DNA of 63,947 nt, counting the filler. It is 6 parts of 6 records of this genome, joined end to end, with 100 filler letters (N's around TTAATTAATTAA, not from the genome) between each part and the next. Parts side by side here need not be neighbours in the genome. Positions count along the whole stretch, not along the records: positions 1 to 14,462 come from SRR20825006_2492; 5 more parts are not named here. One strand, written 5' to 3'. The notes below the pieces were generated by a model that ran no database searches, was not told the origin of the DNA, and saw nothing but the letters and a program-made list of their open reading frames with translations. Below, piece by piece: positions 1-9,469 of this stretch. The position numbers were made by a program, and so were the translations under genes. Numbering within the stretch: the stretch's first letter is position 1; every line of letters begins with the position of its first letter.

Positions 1-101
1 CACTCGATCGCTCAATTGAAAATTAGCGAAAAGTTTTTCTTGAAATTTTTTGGTCCTTGCATAATCTAAGATAAGGATGATTGTGCAGCGATTTAGTTTT
101 G

Positions 102-268
102 GATTTCGGAGTTTATTCACAATTTAGTTGTGCAACAGGCACATCGCCTAAAATGCATGCTCCATTCAAGCTTCGCACAACTATCCTATATGAAAACAAC
201 TATCTTTAGTATAAAACTTAATAACGTGTAAATGGCGCACGTCATTCTAGCCTTGAACGTTACCAAAC
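102..268 (+). repeat. Long intergenic element copy 1 (49-bp core 102-150; ends in GTTACCAAAC at 259-268)
   Basis: Core GATTTCGGAGTTTATTCACAATTTAGTTGTGCAACAGGCACATCGCCTA recurs ungapped at 5295, 6861 and 8865. Confidence 0.75.
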
Positions 269-281
269 ATAAAAAACAAGA

Positions 282-1970
282 ATGCAAATCAGAAAAATAT
301 TAATAATCTTCATCTCAATACTAACGCTTAAAAGTATTGCGGCAACTTATTATATATCTTCCAATACTGGTAATGATTTTAACTCAGGAACAACACCCGG
401 TTTAGCATGGAAAACATTGAATAAAATAAACTCATTTTCTTTTTCAGTTGGCGACTCTATTCTTTTTAAGCGAAATGAGATTTGGAGAGGACAATTGATT
501 CCTCAAAGTGGTTTTCCAGGCGCAAACAATTATTATGGAGCGTATTCTACGGGTGAAAAACCCAATATTTTAGGTTCTTTAAATTTTAGCGATATATCAG
601 ATTGGACAAATATTGGAGGGAATATTTGGAAATGTGATTCCATTTTTTCGACTGACATAGGAAATATCCTATTTGACAATGCCACGAGCGTAGGATTCAA
701 AAAGTGGAATTTAATCGAATTACAAAACCAAAATGACTTTTGGTTTGATTTATCATCTAACGAATTAGTGATATATTCTACATCTAATCCTGGAAGCATT
801 TATACAGAAATAGAACTTGCATTGCGAAAAGACATTGTTAACCATCAGAATAGAAGCTTTATTACGTTCGAAAATTTGAGTATTAAATATGGAGCTGCTC
901 ACGGTTTTGGCGGAGGCAATACATCAAATATTATTATTAATTCCTGTAACATCTCTTATATTGGCGGCGGCGACCTCAATATGGATGGTGCAATTAGATA
1001 TGGTAATGGTGTCGAATTTTGGGGGAATGCTTCAAATAATACGGTTTCAAAATGTAAAATATGGGAAATATATGATACTGGAGTTACCAATCAAAATCAT
1101 ACTACTCCAGTTTCACAAAATAATATCAAGTATCAAAATAACTTAATCTGGAATTGTGGTTTGTCTTCATTTGAATTTTGGTGCAAACCATCAATATCAA
1201 CAGTCAATGAAATCTATTTTGAAAATAACACTTGTTTATTTGCTGGCAGTGGCTGGGGAATACAACGGCCTGATTATTATGGAGTACACGTATTGATTAG
1301 TGGTAATATTGCTCAAACTGACACTGTTTATATTAGGAATAATATCTTTTTTGAGGCGCAACGAACTATATATGCATTTCACGACAGTGCAAATGGCCAA
1401 TATGAATTGGATTATAATGTAATGTATCAACCTACTGCTAATGATACATTATTTGCTTTTTTTCCTTCTAACCAAATTTATACTTATTTAGATTCCTCTT
1501 CATACACAAGTACATTAAATAAAGATTTAAACTCCGTATTTGGTGATCCCTATTTTACAAATTTATCAGGGTTAAATCTCACTTTACTAATCACGTCTAT
1601 CGCAATTGATGCAGGAACTAATACAAATATTATAGATGATTTTGAATATAACCCAAGACCAGTTAATGGAATATATGACATTGGAGCACATGAGTTCTCG
1701 GGACCATCAGCGATAACTGAAAATGAATATTTGAAAACAATAGTTGTCTATCCAAACCCAACAAACATTTCTTTCCGTGTCAGTTTTATTAATAAGGTAG
1801 GGGGGCTACTGAGTATATATGATATCATGGGACAAAGAATAATGTCCATAGACAACTATTCAAATAATCAAGAAATCAAAATAGATAATATGTCAAATGG
1901 TACGTACACGTTTACACTAAGTGATGATTCAGGAATTATTGAAACTGGAAAAATTATAGTCCGAAAATAA
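282..1970 (+). CDS. Secreted right-handed beta-helix protein with T9SS type A C-terminal sorting domain
   Basis: Signal peptide; YYISSNTGND...AWKTL start; beta-helix-like repeats; IDAG...DIGAHEF choice-of-anchor-like motif; C-terminal VYPNP...IYDIMGQ...GTYTFTL...KIIVRK. Confidence 0.8.
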   Translation: MQIRKILIIFISILTLKSIAATYYISSNTGNDFNSGTTPGLAWKTLNKINSFSFSVGDSILFKRNEIWRGQLIPQSGFPGANNYYGAYSTGEKPNILGSLNFSDISDWTNIGGNIWKCDSIFSTDIGNILFDNATSVGFKKWNLIELQNQNDFWFDLSSNELVIYSTSNPGSIYTEIELALRKDIVNHQNRSFITFENLSIKYGAAHGFGGGNTSNIIINSCNISYIGGGDLNMDGAIRYGNGVEFWGNASNNTVSKCKIWEIYDTGVTNQNHTTPVSQNNIKYQNNLIWNCGLSSFEFWCKPSISTVNEIYFENNTCLFAGSGWGIQRPDYYGVHVLISGNIAQTDTVYIRNNIFFEAQRTIYAFHDSANGQYELDYNVMYQPTANDTLFAFFPSNQIYTYLDSSSYTSTLNKDLNSVFGDPYFTNLSGLNLTLLITSIAIDAGTNTNIIDDFEYNPRPVNGIYDIGAHEFSGPSAITENEYLKTIVVYPNPTNISFRVSFINKVGGLLSIYDIMGQRIMSIDNYSNNQEIKIDNMSNGTYTFTLSDDSGIIETGKIIVRK

Positions 1971-1975
1971 ACGTT

Positions 1976-2035
1976 TGGTAACATTGTGTATATTTCATGC
2001 TCTTCGGGACACGCAGCATACACTAAACGTTATGG
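1976..2035 (+). repeat. attC-like 60-bp imperfect palindrome
   Basis: TGGTAAC-attGTGTAT...ATACAC-taaac-GTTATGG: AAC/GTT ends, inner GTGTAT/ATACAC arms, starts 5 nt after a stop codon. Confidence 0.7.
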
Positions 2036-2067
2036 CGAATTGAAGAAAACAACCAAAAAATAGAACT

Positions 2068-2739
2068 ATGTTAATAACGTATCTAATATTACTCCTAACT
2101 GCAATTATCTTTAGATTTTTACATTTTCCGGGAACAGGTTTGATTTTTGTTGTTTCACCCTTATTTCCGTTCATTGACATAATAATTCAATTAATTCGTG
2201 AAAAAGGTGATAAAGAAACAAGGCTTTTATCATCAATTAGTGTTCTTCTGCTATCCCTTTTCTTTTTGTTTAAGTTCTTATATTGGCCAGGGTATAGTTT
2301 GTTATTTTGGATTGCTATCACTGCTGTAGCAATATTTATTTTTCGATTTTTACAGAAAAAAATCCAGTTTAATGTTCGATTCTTTATAACTAGTTTGTTA
2401 TTTCTTTTCGCAGTTTTTAACTTTTCAATTAAAGGTTCAGATTTTAGATTAACATATCTATTAGAAGATCCATTTAACCCTTCTGAAGTCATTCCCCATT
2501 TCTACATCCAATCATTAGCTTATGAATATTATTTGGAGGGAGATTATGATAAGGCAGAAAAATTAATCCAACGAAATATAAATCATATTACTGATTTAAC
2601 CCTTGAAAAAAATGTGCCACAATATTTACAAGAAGTGGATAAACAAAATTTAGAAATTTCAATAAAAGATTTGAACGATATTCATAATCGTAGTTGGACT
2701 AATTTCGTTCCACTTTATAGAGAAGATCGACAGAACTAA
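2068..2739 (+). CDS. Membrane protein (two GldL N-terminal-like FxxxxxPG hairpins, TPR-like C-terminus)
   Basis: Several hydrophobic helices; FRFLHFPG and FKFLYWPG motifs; LAYEYYLEGDYDKAEKLIQR is TPR-like. Confidence 0.55.
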   Translation: MLITYLILLLTAIIFRFLHFPGTGLIFVVSPLFPFIDIIIQLIREKGDKETRLLSSISVLLLSLFFLFKFLYWPGYSLLFWIAITAVAIFIFRFLQKKIQFNVRFFITSLLFLFAVFNFSIKGSDFRLTYLLEDPFNPSEVIPHFYIQSLAYEYYLEGDYDKAEKLIQRNINHITDLTLEKNVPQYLQEVDKQNLEISIKDLNDIHNRSWTNFVPLYREDRQN

Positions 2740-2806
2740 AAAAAAGTGGCGCACAATTACACTCAAGAGAAGTGGCACATTGCCTGCAGCATAACCGTTA
2801 ATAGTA

Positions 2807-3262
2807 ATGATGAATACAACAAAACATGTGATACGAATCCTAGTAATGAGTGTACTACTCGTAGCATGTGGTACATCTGACAAAATCGTTTCTTTTAAGA
2901 AGGAATCTTCACAAACGGGGATATATGAATTTGACCCAAAGGGAACAACTCATAAAGTGCTTGACAATGATTCTACTACTTATACACTAAAATCGAAACC
3001 ATCCATCACCATTGAAAAATTTGAATCGCTGGAAATTTCAGATGAATGCTATGCGGGAGAAATTTGTATTTGCTTTAAATTTAATGAAGAAGGAACTAAA
3101 GAATATACAGCGTTGACCAAAAGAAATTTAAACGAAAAAATTTTTTACGTAATAGATGGTGTGGTAATTTCAGACCCGAATGTTATGGGAGTTATTAATG
3201 CTGGTATAGGTCAATTTCCCATCAAAGAAAAATACTTTGACTCTTTGTTTGTTGTAAAATGA
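2807..3262 (+). CDS. Lipoprotein with SecD/SecF P1 head-like domain
   Basis: Lipobox LVAC; ICFKFNEEGTKEYTALTKRNLNEKIFYVIDGVVISDPNV resembles the SecD head subdomain. Confidence 0.6.
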   Translation: MMNTTKHVIRILVMSVLLVACGTSDKIVSFKKESSQTGIYEFDPKGTTHKVLDNDSTTYTLKSKPSITIEKFESLEISDECYAGEICICFKFNEEGTKEYTALTKRNLNEKIFYVIDGVVISDPNVMGVINAGIGQFPIKEKYFDSLFVVK

Positions 3263-3379
3263 AAATGTTACTTACACGCACTTCGATGAAAGCAACTCTA
3301 AGTTCTCAACAATTGCATTCGATAGAATGCGTCACTTCGCCTAGTACGAACCGTTAGCAAATATTAAGCCTATCACCAG

Positions 3380-3922
3380 ATGACACCGATACAGAAAAAA
3401 CTAAATAAGCACCATGCGGAAAAGCTCTATTCTCGAATAACTAGAAGCTTTGGTGATTCTAGTGAAATATCGACCGGATTCATTTTGAAAATTTCCGACA
3501 CTTTGATTTTACTTCAAGAGAGCGATGAATTTAGAATTTTAGGGTATCAAATTATTCCAATAAACACGATTTCTCACGTTCGATACAATAACAATGATAG
3601 AACGTATCATCGAATATTGAAAAAAGAAGGGTTACTAGAATTTGTTGGCTTAAAATATGACATTGACTTAACAAGTTGGAAATCTGCCTGTCAAGGAGTT
3701 AAAAAAACCAAGTTGACAGTAATATCAGAATGTGAACATCCTGACCACGAATACTTCTGTATTGGAGAGTTAATGCGTGTTAATCCAAAGTCAATATCAA
3801 TTAGATATTTTAATGCCGCTGGAAAACTAGATGAAAAGAACACCACTCATGCCTTTAATGACATCACAAAATTAAGTTTTGACGATCGTTACGCAAACGT
3901 ATTTTCGAAGTACACTAAATAA
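3380..3922 (+). CDS. Hypothetical protein (internally two-domain, small beta-barrel-like)
   Basis: 180-aa ORF preceded by GTTAGCAAAT box at 3353-3362. Confidence 0.55.
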   Translation: MTPIQKKLNKHHAEKLYSRITRSFGDSSEISTGFILKISDTLILLQESDEFRILGYQIIPINTISHVRYNNNDRTYHRILKKEGLLEFVGLKYDIDLTSWKSACQGVKKTKLTVISECEHPDHEYFCIGELMRVNPKSISIRYFNAAGKLDEKNTTHAFNDITKLSFDDRYANVFSKYTK

Positions 3923-3958
3923 GAATTGACTGAGAACCAAGTATAGCTAGAAGAGAGA

Positions 3959-4414
3959 ATGAAAATAGTTGATCAAATATACAATCAAATCAAAATGGCT
4001 GTGAAAAGTCTGGAATATCTTGAGTTAGGAAATATTGATCATATAAATTTGTTGTACCCGCTACAAAAACTTGAATATGAAGAATGGGCGGAGATGCATG
4101 GAATCCTTCAAGACTTGACACAAGATGAATTGGGATTAATTGCTAACTCCTTAGTGGAAATAAAAGACAATAAAATTTCCAATTATGATACAGGTGCAAT
4201 GTATGCCTTCATATTCACAATTTCTAATGATTTCGTTGCTGAGTGTCTGCTGGAAAACTTTGATTTTATTGACAATAACCTACCAAAAGATGTTGAGTTA
4301 ATTGACGAATTACTGATTCGACTTAAAAACCTCGATGGAGCAATGAAAAGTAATATGGATTATACGTCTAAATATTCTTTGATTTATAAACTCTATAATG
4401 AAGCAGTTTGTTAA
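3959..4414 (+). CDS. Hypothetical acidic helical protein
   Basis: 151-aa ORF; stop codon lies inside a degenerate inverse-core-like box (TTTGTTAAG 4407-4415). Confidence 0.5.
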   Translation: MKIVDQIYNQIKMAVKSLEYLELGNIDHINLLYPLQKLEYEEWAEMHGILQDLTQDELGLIANSLVEIKDNKISNYDTGAMYAFIFTISNDFVAECLLENFDFIDNNLPKDVELIDELLIRLKNLDGAMKSNMDYTSKYSLIYKLYNEAVC

Positions 4415-4546
4415 GACGTTCTATACTCCAGCACCGATTTTCTCATCGAGAATCTGTCTTTTCGTATGGAAAAAATCATAATTTTATAGGAACGATTTTC
4501 GCTAGCGCCGTGGCATATTTGTGGTTGTTATCGGTAACGACCCAAT

Positions 4547-5248
4547 ATGAAAACTACGTTCAATTACTTACTGTTACTCCTTATCGCTTTTTCTTGTAAT
4601 CAAAGTCAAGAGGAAGGTGATTTTTTATATGATCCTACCGTTCCGTATCCATTATTTGATCCTGGTGATTTTTGGCTGGATAGCTTTGATGAGAGAGGTC
4701 TTCAAAATGCAAGTGTTTACAACGATGACCTTTATTGTAATACAATTGGTGGTTTCGGAGAGGATAATTATTTATACTGTTTTAGCTTAAGTAATGGAAC
4801 AGTTAAATGGCGAATGCCTGTCAAAGCCTTTTCAACCCAACCTATTACAATAATTAATGACAACTTGATTTATTGCTCTTATTTAGGACAAATACAGGTA
4901 TTCGATAAATACGGTAACGAACTTTGGAGTGAACGTTCTTCTCTACCTTACGGTGGTCATTGGGCGGATAGCAGTGATTTAACAATAAAAATATCGACAC
5001 CGTACGGATCGAAAGTATCAATACACAATTTGAATGGTAAGAATAGCACGGTGGTAGAAAGTGAAAAAATAAAAAAGGATATTGCTAGATTTGGTGGCCG
5101 CGTGAATCATACAAATAAACAATATCAAGTGAACCATAAAAATTGGAATTACTCAATCGACATCTCTACTCCAGGCACCAGAAAGCACAGTGTGGTAATA
5201 AAAAAAATATCGATAACTTACGTAACCATTACACAACCTCTTCCCTGA
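4547..5248 (+). CDS. Lipoprotein with PQQ/BamB-like beta-propeller repeats
   Basis: Lipobox AFSC; LYCFSLSNGTVKW and IQVFDKYGNELW repeats. Confidence 0.65.
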   Translation: MKTTFNYLLLLLIAFSCNQSQEEGDFLYDPTVPYPLFDPGDFWLDSFDERGLQNASVYNDDLYCNTIGGFGEDNYLYCFSLSNGTVKWRMPVKAFSTQPITIINDNLIYCSYLGQIQVFDKYGNELWSERSSLPYGGHWADSSDLTIKISTPYGSKVSIHNLNGKNSTVVESEKIKKDIARFGGRVNHTNKQYQVNHKNWNYSIDISTPGTRKHSVVIKKISITYVTITQPLP

Positions 5249-5462
5249 GCAACAACTGATTTTGTTGTTTTTACCTTGTTTGATCTTTCGGTTAGATTCC
5301 AGAGTTTATTCACATTTTAGCTGTGCAACAAGCACAAAGGCTTAGAAAGCATACTGGTTTATGCCTCGTAAGATCAATTTTGGTTAGAAAACTATTCCTA
5401 ACTTTAAAATCAAATCTGGGTGAAAGATCCGCAGCACTTTCTGGCTTTAGTCGCTGTAGTGC
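5209..5462 (+). repeat. Long intergenic element copy 2 (core 5295-5343)
   Basis: Core matches copy 1 at 40/49 by manual count; the tail is also alignable to 151-259; begins ATCGATAAC and ends GCTGTAGTGC. Confidence 0.7.
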
Positions 5463-5485
5463 ATTTGAAAGAACAAACTAAAAAT

Positions 5486-6073
5486 ATGAAAGACTCTTTA
5501 GTTCATTTTATTTCACAGTTCGACAAATTTACCAACGAGGAAATTAATGCTATTGTGGAAAATACTCAATTAGAGAATTTCAAAAAAGGAACTACAATTT
5601 TAAGAGAAGGTGAAATCTGTACTAAATGCTTTTTTGTTATAGAGGGATGCCTTCGACAATATCAAATAGTCAATGGAGAAGAAAAGACGACAGCGTTTTT
5701 TTGTGAAGGAGAAGCTGCAGTTTTATATTCCAGTTACTTAGAAAAAAAGCCGTCAAAATATTATTTATCAACCATTGAAAACTCCATTTTAACCACAGGA
5801 ACTAGAACAGCAGAAAAGGAATTGCATAGGAAACATCCGAATCTTGAAAATTTGATAAACACTTTAATGCCTAACGATTATGCCAAGTCTCAAGAACATA
5901 TCGAATTACTGAGCCATCATAGTCCTGAAGAAAGATACCAGATAATTTTAAAGAACTATCCCAAGCTTCTCAATAGAATCCCTTTGCATTTAATTGCGAG
6001 TTATATTGGAGTTACTCCTGAATCACTTAGCAGAATCAGAAAGAGAATTTTGACAAAGGAAAAATCCGAATAA
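5486..6073 (+). CDS. Crp/Fnr family transcriptional regulator
   Basis: cNMP-binding region (FKKGTTILREGEIC...FVIEGCLR); HTH IASYIGVTPESLSRIRK; ATG at 5486 preferred to GTG 5420, which lies inside the repeat element. Confidence 0.9.
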   Translation: MKDSLVHFISQFDKFTNEEINAIVENTQLENFKKGTTILREGEICTKCFFVIEGCLRQYQIVNGEEKTTAFFCEGEAAVLYSSYLEKKPSKYYLSTIENSILTTGTRTAEKELHRKHPNLENLINTLMPNDYAKSQEHIELLSHHSPEERYQIILKNYPKLLNRIPLHLIASYIGVTPESLSRIRKRILTKEKSE

Positions 6074-6085
6074 ATTCAATTGCAA

Positions 6086-6493
6086 TTATGCCGGTTTAAT
6101 CCCTTTCTTGTAGAATCGCAAAAGGACAAACAGACATAGGAATCCAACTAAAAGTTCGACAAACAAAGCTATCTGAAGTGGTTCGCTTGGAAATCCATCA
6201 AATATAATACTCACTAAACGTGACAATCCATACGATAAATAGATTAAACAAGATAGCTGAATGGAATAGATTGTCAATTTAGAAAAAAAGGCTCCTAAAA
6301 AAATTATTATTCCACTAACTAACAATAGTCCGCTAGGAGCCCTAATTTCGCTTAGTAAATTAATATCATCTCCGAGATTGATACCTGCTGACGCCTCAAA
6401 AGCAACTGGAGAAAATAAGAGAGAATATCCAATTCCAGTCCCAATCATTCCAGAAATTATTAAAAGCGCCTTTGTAAATATGTTCTTTTCCAT
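6086..6493 (-). CDS. DUF4345-like membrane protein
   Basis: Four TM helices; SEIRAPSG and SRLVSIIFDGFP motifs. Confidence 0.7.
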   Translation of the reverse strand: MEKNIFTKALLIISGMIGTGIGYSLLFSPVAFEASAGINLGDDINLLSEIRAPSGLLLVSGIIIFLGAFFSKLTIYSIQLSCLIYLSYGLSRLVSIIFDGFPSEPLQIALFVELLVGFLCLFVLLRFYKKGIKPA

Positions 6494-6607
6494 TTTTGTT
6501 TAATTTATAGTTATGCAAATATCGAAGCGGAAAAGAAAAAAAACCTTGACTTAAGATAAGAAAGTAATCTTACAGAATTTCTAGACAAAAAAAGAAAGAA
6601 CAAAAAC

Positions 6608-6790
6608 ACACTACAATAAGGTGTATAAATTATAGCCAGTAAGCGCTAAAGGAAAGGACTGTGCTTATGTGCGAATACCGCTAAATTTTTAAATTCGACT
6701 TTTAAAATTGATAAGTTGAAAACAAACTATAAAAATTCGGCGGTGTATTAATCCGAGAAATTAGCGTCTTTTTACAGGCAACATTTCATT
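6608..6790 (+). repeat. Long intergenic element of a different sequence type (starts ACACTACAAT-aag-GTGTAT)
   Basis: Starts with an inverse-core-like box complementary (TGTAGTG core) to 5453-5462, followed by GTGTAT as in the 1976-2035 element; internal CCGCTAAATTTTT...AAAAATTCGGCGG imperfect palindrome. Confidence 0.5.
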
Positions 6791-6797
6791 TAAAGAA

Positions 6798-6970
6798 GCA
6801 CCTAACATTCGTCGTTGCACCTGTTTTCCTCTGAGTTACATCGTTTGGTCATTCCTTGTAGATCCCAGAGTTTGTTCACATTTTAGTTGAGAAACAGACA
6901 CATCGCCTATACCTCACGCCGAAAAATGCTATATTGGAGTCGACACAAAACTTAGTCCCAACCATTATAC
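6798..6970 (+). repeat. Long intergenic element copy 3 (core 6861-6909)
   Basis: Starts GCACCTAAC (RYYYAAC consensus); core matches copy 1 at 41/49. Confidence 0.7.
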
Positions 6971-6978
6971 AAAGCAGG

Positions 6979-8232
6979 ATGAAAATATTAATAATTACCA
7001 TTGTCTCAGCATTAGTGTTAGTAGGGTGCAGTAATGATGAAAAGGCCAAAGATCCGAATACAAGTATCGTGTCAGATAGTAGCAAATTTATTAGCCAACG
7101 ACATTTCCACGAAAAAAAATATGAAGGCTTTAATTTTAATTCTGAACAGGATTGGGATAACTTAAATAATATTTCTCAAGAAAAAATACTTCACCAAAAA
7201 GGGAACGTGCACCCTGATTTCCGCACATTTGGTTGGCACATATATTCCAATGGTTCTTCATGGAAAAATTACAACTTTTCCATGCTATGGGGTCTTTCTT
7301 ACTTTTCATATAGTATTCAACCAGAAACTGGAAGCTATAAAAGTATCCATCAATGGAAAACTACTGCTTTGATTGATAGTGCGAAAGCTTACAATTGTAA
7401 AGTATTCCTTTCAGTTTCTAATTTTGGAAGTGACAATAATGCTACTTTTTTGGAAAATCCAAAAGCCCAGAAAACGTTGATTGATAGTTTGTCCTATTTA
7501 TTGGCTCTGAGATCTGCAGATGGTATTAATATCGATTTCGAAGGAGTATCAAAAAAGAACAAAAAGGGTTTTACAAAATTTATCATTGAAATTTCAAAGA
7601 GACTAAAACAAGATAATGCAAACTACATGATATCCCTGTGCCTTTATGCGGAGGACTGGAACAATATTTTCGACATTGAAACCATTGATCCCTACGTAGA
7701 TTTTTACACATTGATGGGGTATGATTACTTTGGAGGATTCAGTAAAAGAACTGGACCAGTGACTCCTTTTAACAAGAGCGAAAAATTTGGAAATGGTTTA
7801 AAAACATCTATTCAATATTATCAAGATAAAGGTGTGCATTCGAATAAATTAATTGTTGGTCTTCCTTATTATGGTGCTGAATGGTACACCAAAGAATCTC
7901 AACCAGGTTCAATGGTTTCAAAATTTAGAGATCATCCACCTTATAATGCGATTAGAAAATTCTATATTGACTTATTAAATACTCCAGTAAAATTTGATTC
8001 CCTAAGTTCTTCAACGTACATAGTTGTGAAAGACAGTAGTAATAGCTATCGTCAACTTTTTTTCGAAGACAAAAAATCACTAGGGATTAAATATGATTGG
8101 ATCAAGGAAAATCAAATAAGTGGAGTTGGTATTTGGGCATTAGGTTATGATGATGGTTATTCTGATTTATGGGACTTGTTAAATGAAAAATTTTCAGAAG
8201 AACAAAATTCAACTGTGTATCACAAAAAATAA
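6979..8232 (+). CDS. Glycoside hydrolase family 18 (chitinase-like) lipoprotein
   Basis: Lipobox LVGC after ATG 6979; catalytic DGINIDFEG; LMGYDY; KLIVGLPYYG; GVGIWALGYDD. Confidence 0.9.
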   Translation: MKILIITIVSALVLVGCSNDEKAKDPNTSIVSDSSKFISQRHFHEKKYEGFNFNSEQDWDNLNNISQEKILHQKGNVHPDFRTFGWHIYSNGSSWKNYNFSMLWGLSYFSYSIQPETGSYKSIHQWKTTALIDSAKAYNCKVFLSVSNFGSDNNATFLENPKAQKTLIDSLSYLLALRSADGINIDFEGVSKKNKKGFTKFIIEISKRLKQDNANYMISLCLYAEDWNNIFDIETIDPYVDFYTLMGYDYFGGFSKRTGPVTPFNKSEKFGNGLKTSIQYYQDKGVHSNKLIVGLPYYGAEWYTKESQPGSMVSKFRDHPPYNAIRKFYIDLLNTPVKFDSLSSSTYIVVKDSSNSYRQLFFEDKKSLGIKYDWIKENQISGVGIWALGYDDGYSDLWDLLNEKFSEEQNSTVYHKK

Positions 8233-8379
8233 ACATTATATCTAAGCCTAGCGAACTCCGCGGCGAAGACGATAGATCTCAAACGGGAAATGATCACTGA
8301 GAAAATTGCAACTACTACGGAGAATTTTTATAATTTAATTTTAAATAAATTGACATCAAGATTAATCACTTTAAAACCG

Positions 8380-8790
8380 ATGAAACTAATTACAGCAACA
8401 TTTTTTATACTTATTATTTCCGCATGTTTTGGACAAAATCAATTGTTGGATAGTTGCGGTGTAGACAGTAATCTCTTCCTTAATAAATATGAATCTCACT
8501 ATTTAAATTCTGTTTTTATAGATGAAAATTTTGACTTCGAAAACAAGAAAATTGAATTTAGATTATCCAATTACGGACATTTCTCCTCTAATAAAATGGC
8601 ATATTTTAAGGATGTGAAAGATTGGTTGGGAAAAGGTTCTAGAATTCACGAAGACATAATAATTCTAACCGAAGAAGAAAAAACAAGATTTGGAGATTAT
8701 GACGCAATAATAATCAGTTGGTCGAAAGTACCTGTCACGGGAAAAGCAAGAAACAAATGCTTAAAGAATTTATCCAAAATCAAAAGCTGA
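8380..8790 (+). CDS. Secreted hypothetical protein
   Basis: Signal-peptide-like MKLITATFFILIISACFGQ from ATG 8380. Confidence 0.55.
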   Translation: MKLITATFFILIISACFGQNQLLDSCGVDSNLFLNKYESHYLNSVFIDENFDFENKKIEFRLSNYGHFSSNKMAYFKDVKDWLGKGSRIHEDIIILTEEEKTRFGDYDAIIISWSKVPVTGKARNKCLKNLSKIKS

Positions 8791-8864
8791 AAACCATCCA
8801 AAAACGGGTTCAAAAGTGCTGCTACGAATATACTTTTGGCGCTTAACTTGTTGGATCTTTCATA

Positions 8865-8984
8865 GATTTTGGAGTTTGTTCGCATTTTAGTCATGTAACA
8901 GTCGCTTTGCCTGTGCTTAATACCGAAAAGGGTACATTCGAGAGTCGGCACGAAAGTATCACCGCAAATCGTTAACAAACATTA
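8865..8984 (+). repeat. Long intergenic element copy 4 (core 8865-8913; ends GTTAACAAAC 8971-8980)
   Basis: Core matches copy 1 at 37/49; tail CCGAAAAG...GAGTCGGCAC shared with copy 3 and with about 10844-10872. Confidence 0.65.
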
Positions 8985-8994
8985 AAACTAAATT

Positions 8995-9468
8995 ATGAAA
9001 ACAGTCATTGGATTACTTTTAACGATCATCTTATTTTCATGTAATCAGGGAGCTGATAAAACGACTACTGAAGTTCAATTATCTGAAGAAAATGAAAGTA
9101 TTCAAACGAATACGGCCTATGAGCATGAAAAGTTTGTAGCAATAAATCCTGACGAAATAAATCAGCTATTAAAAGGAAAAAATGAGGATTTATCTGCTCA
9201 AGATGTGATTAAATTATATTATCCTAATGAGATAAACTCAGGTGAAGGAAATGAGAAAATAGAAATCACCGAAAAAAATAGTGAAAACGGAAATACATTA
9301 GTAACGCTAATTCATGATAATCTACTAGACGATTCTCAAAGAGGAGAAAAATATATTATGGAATTGAAAAGAGTGAAAAATAAATGGACCGTAGTTTCTA
9401 TAAAAAAGAATTGGAAGTGTTGGGATGGGAGAGGGCATACTGATTGGGGAATTGAACTATGTGAATAA
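8995..9468 (+). CDS. Hypothetical lipoprotein
   Basis: Lipobox LFSC; DDS..G..Y and C-terminal WKC..GRGH..W....C motif. Confidence 0.65.
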   Translation: MKTVIGLLLTIILFSCNQGADKTTTEVQLSEENESIQTNTAYEHEKFVAINPDEINQLLKGKNEDLSAQDVIKLYYPNEINSGEGNEKIEITEKNSENGNTLVTLIHDNLLDDSQRGEKYIMELKRVKNKWTVVSIKKNWKCWDGRGHTDWGIELCE

Positions 9469-9469
9469 C

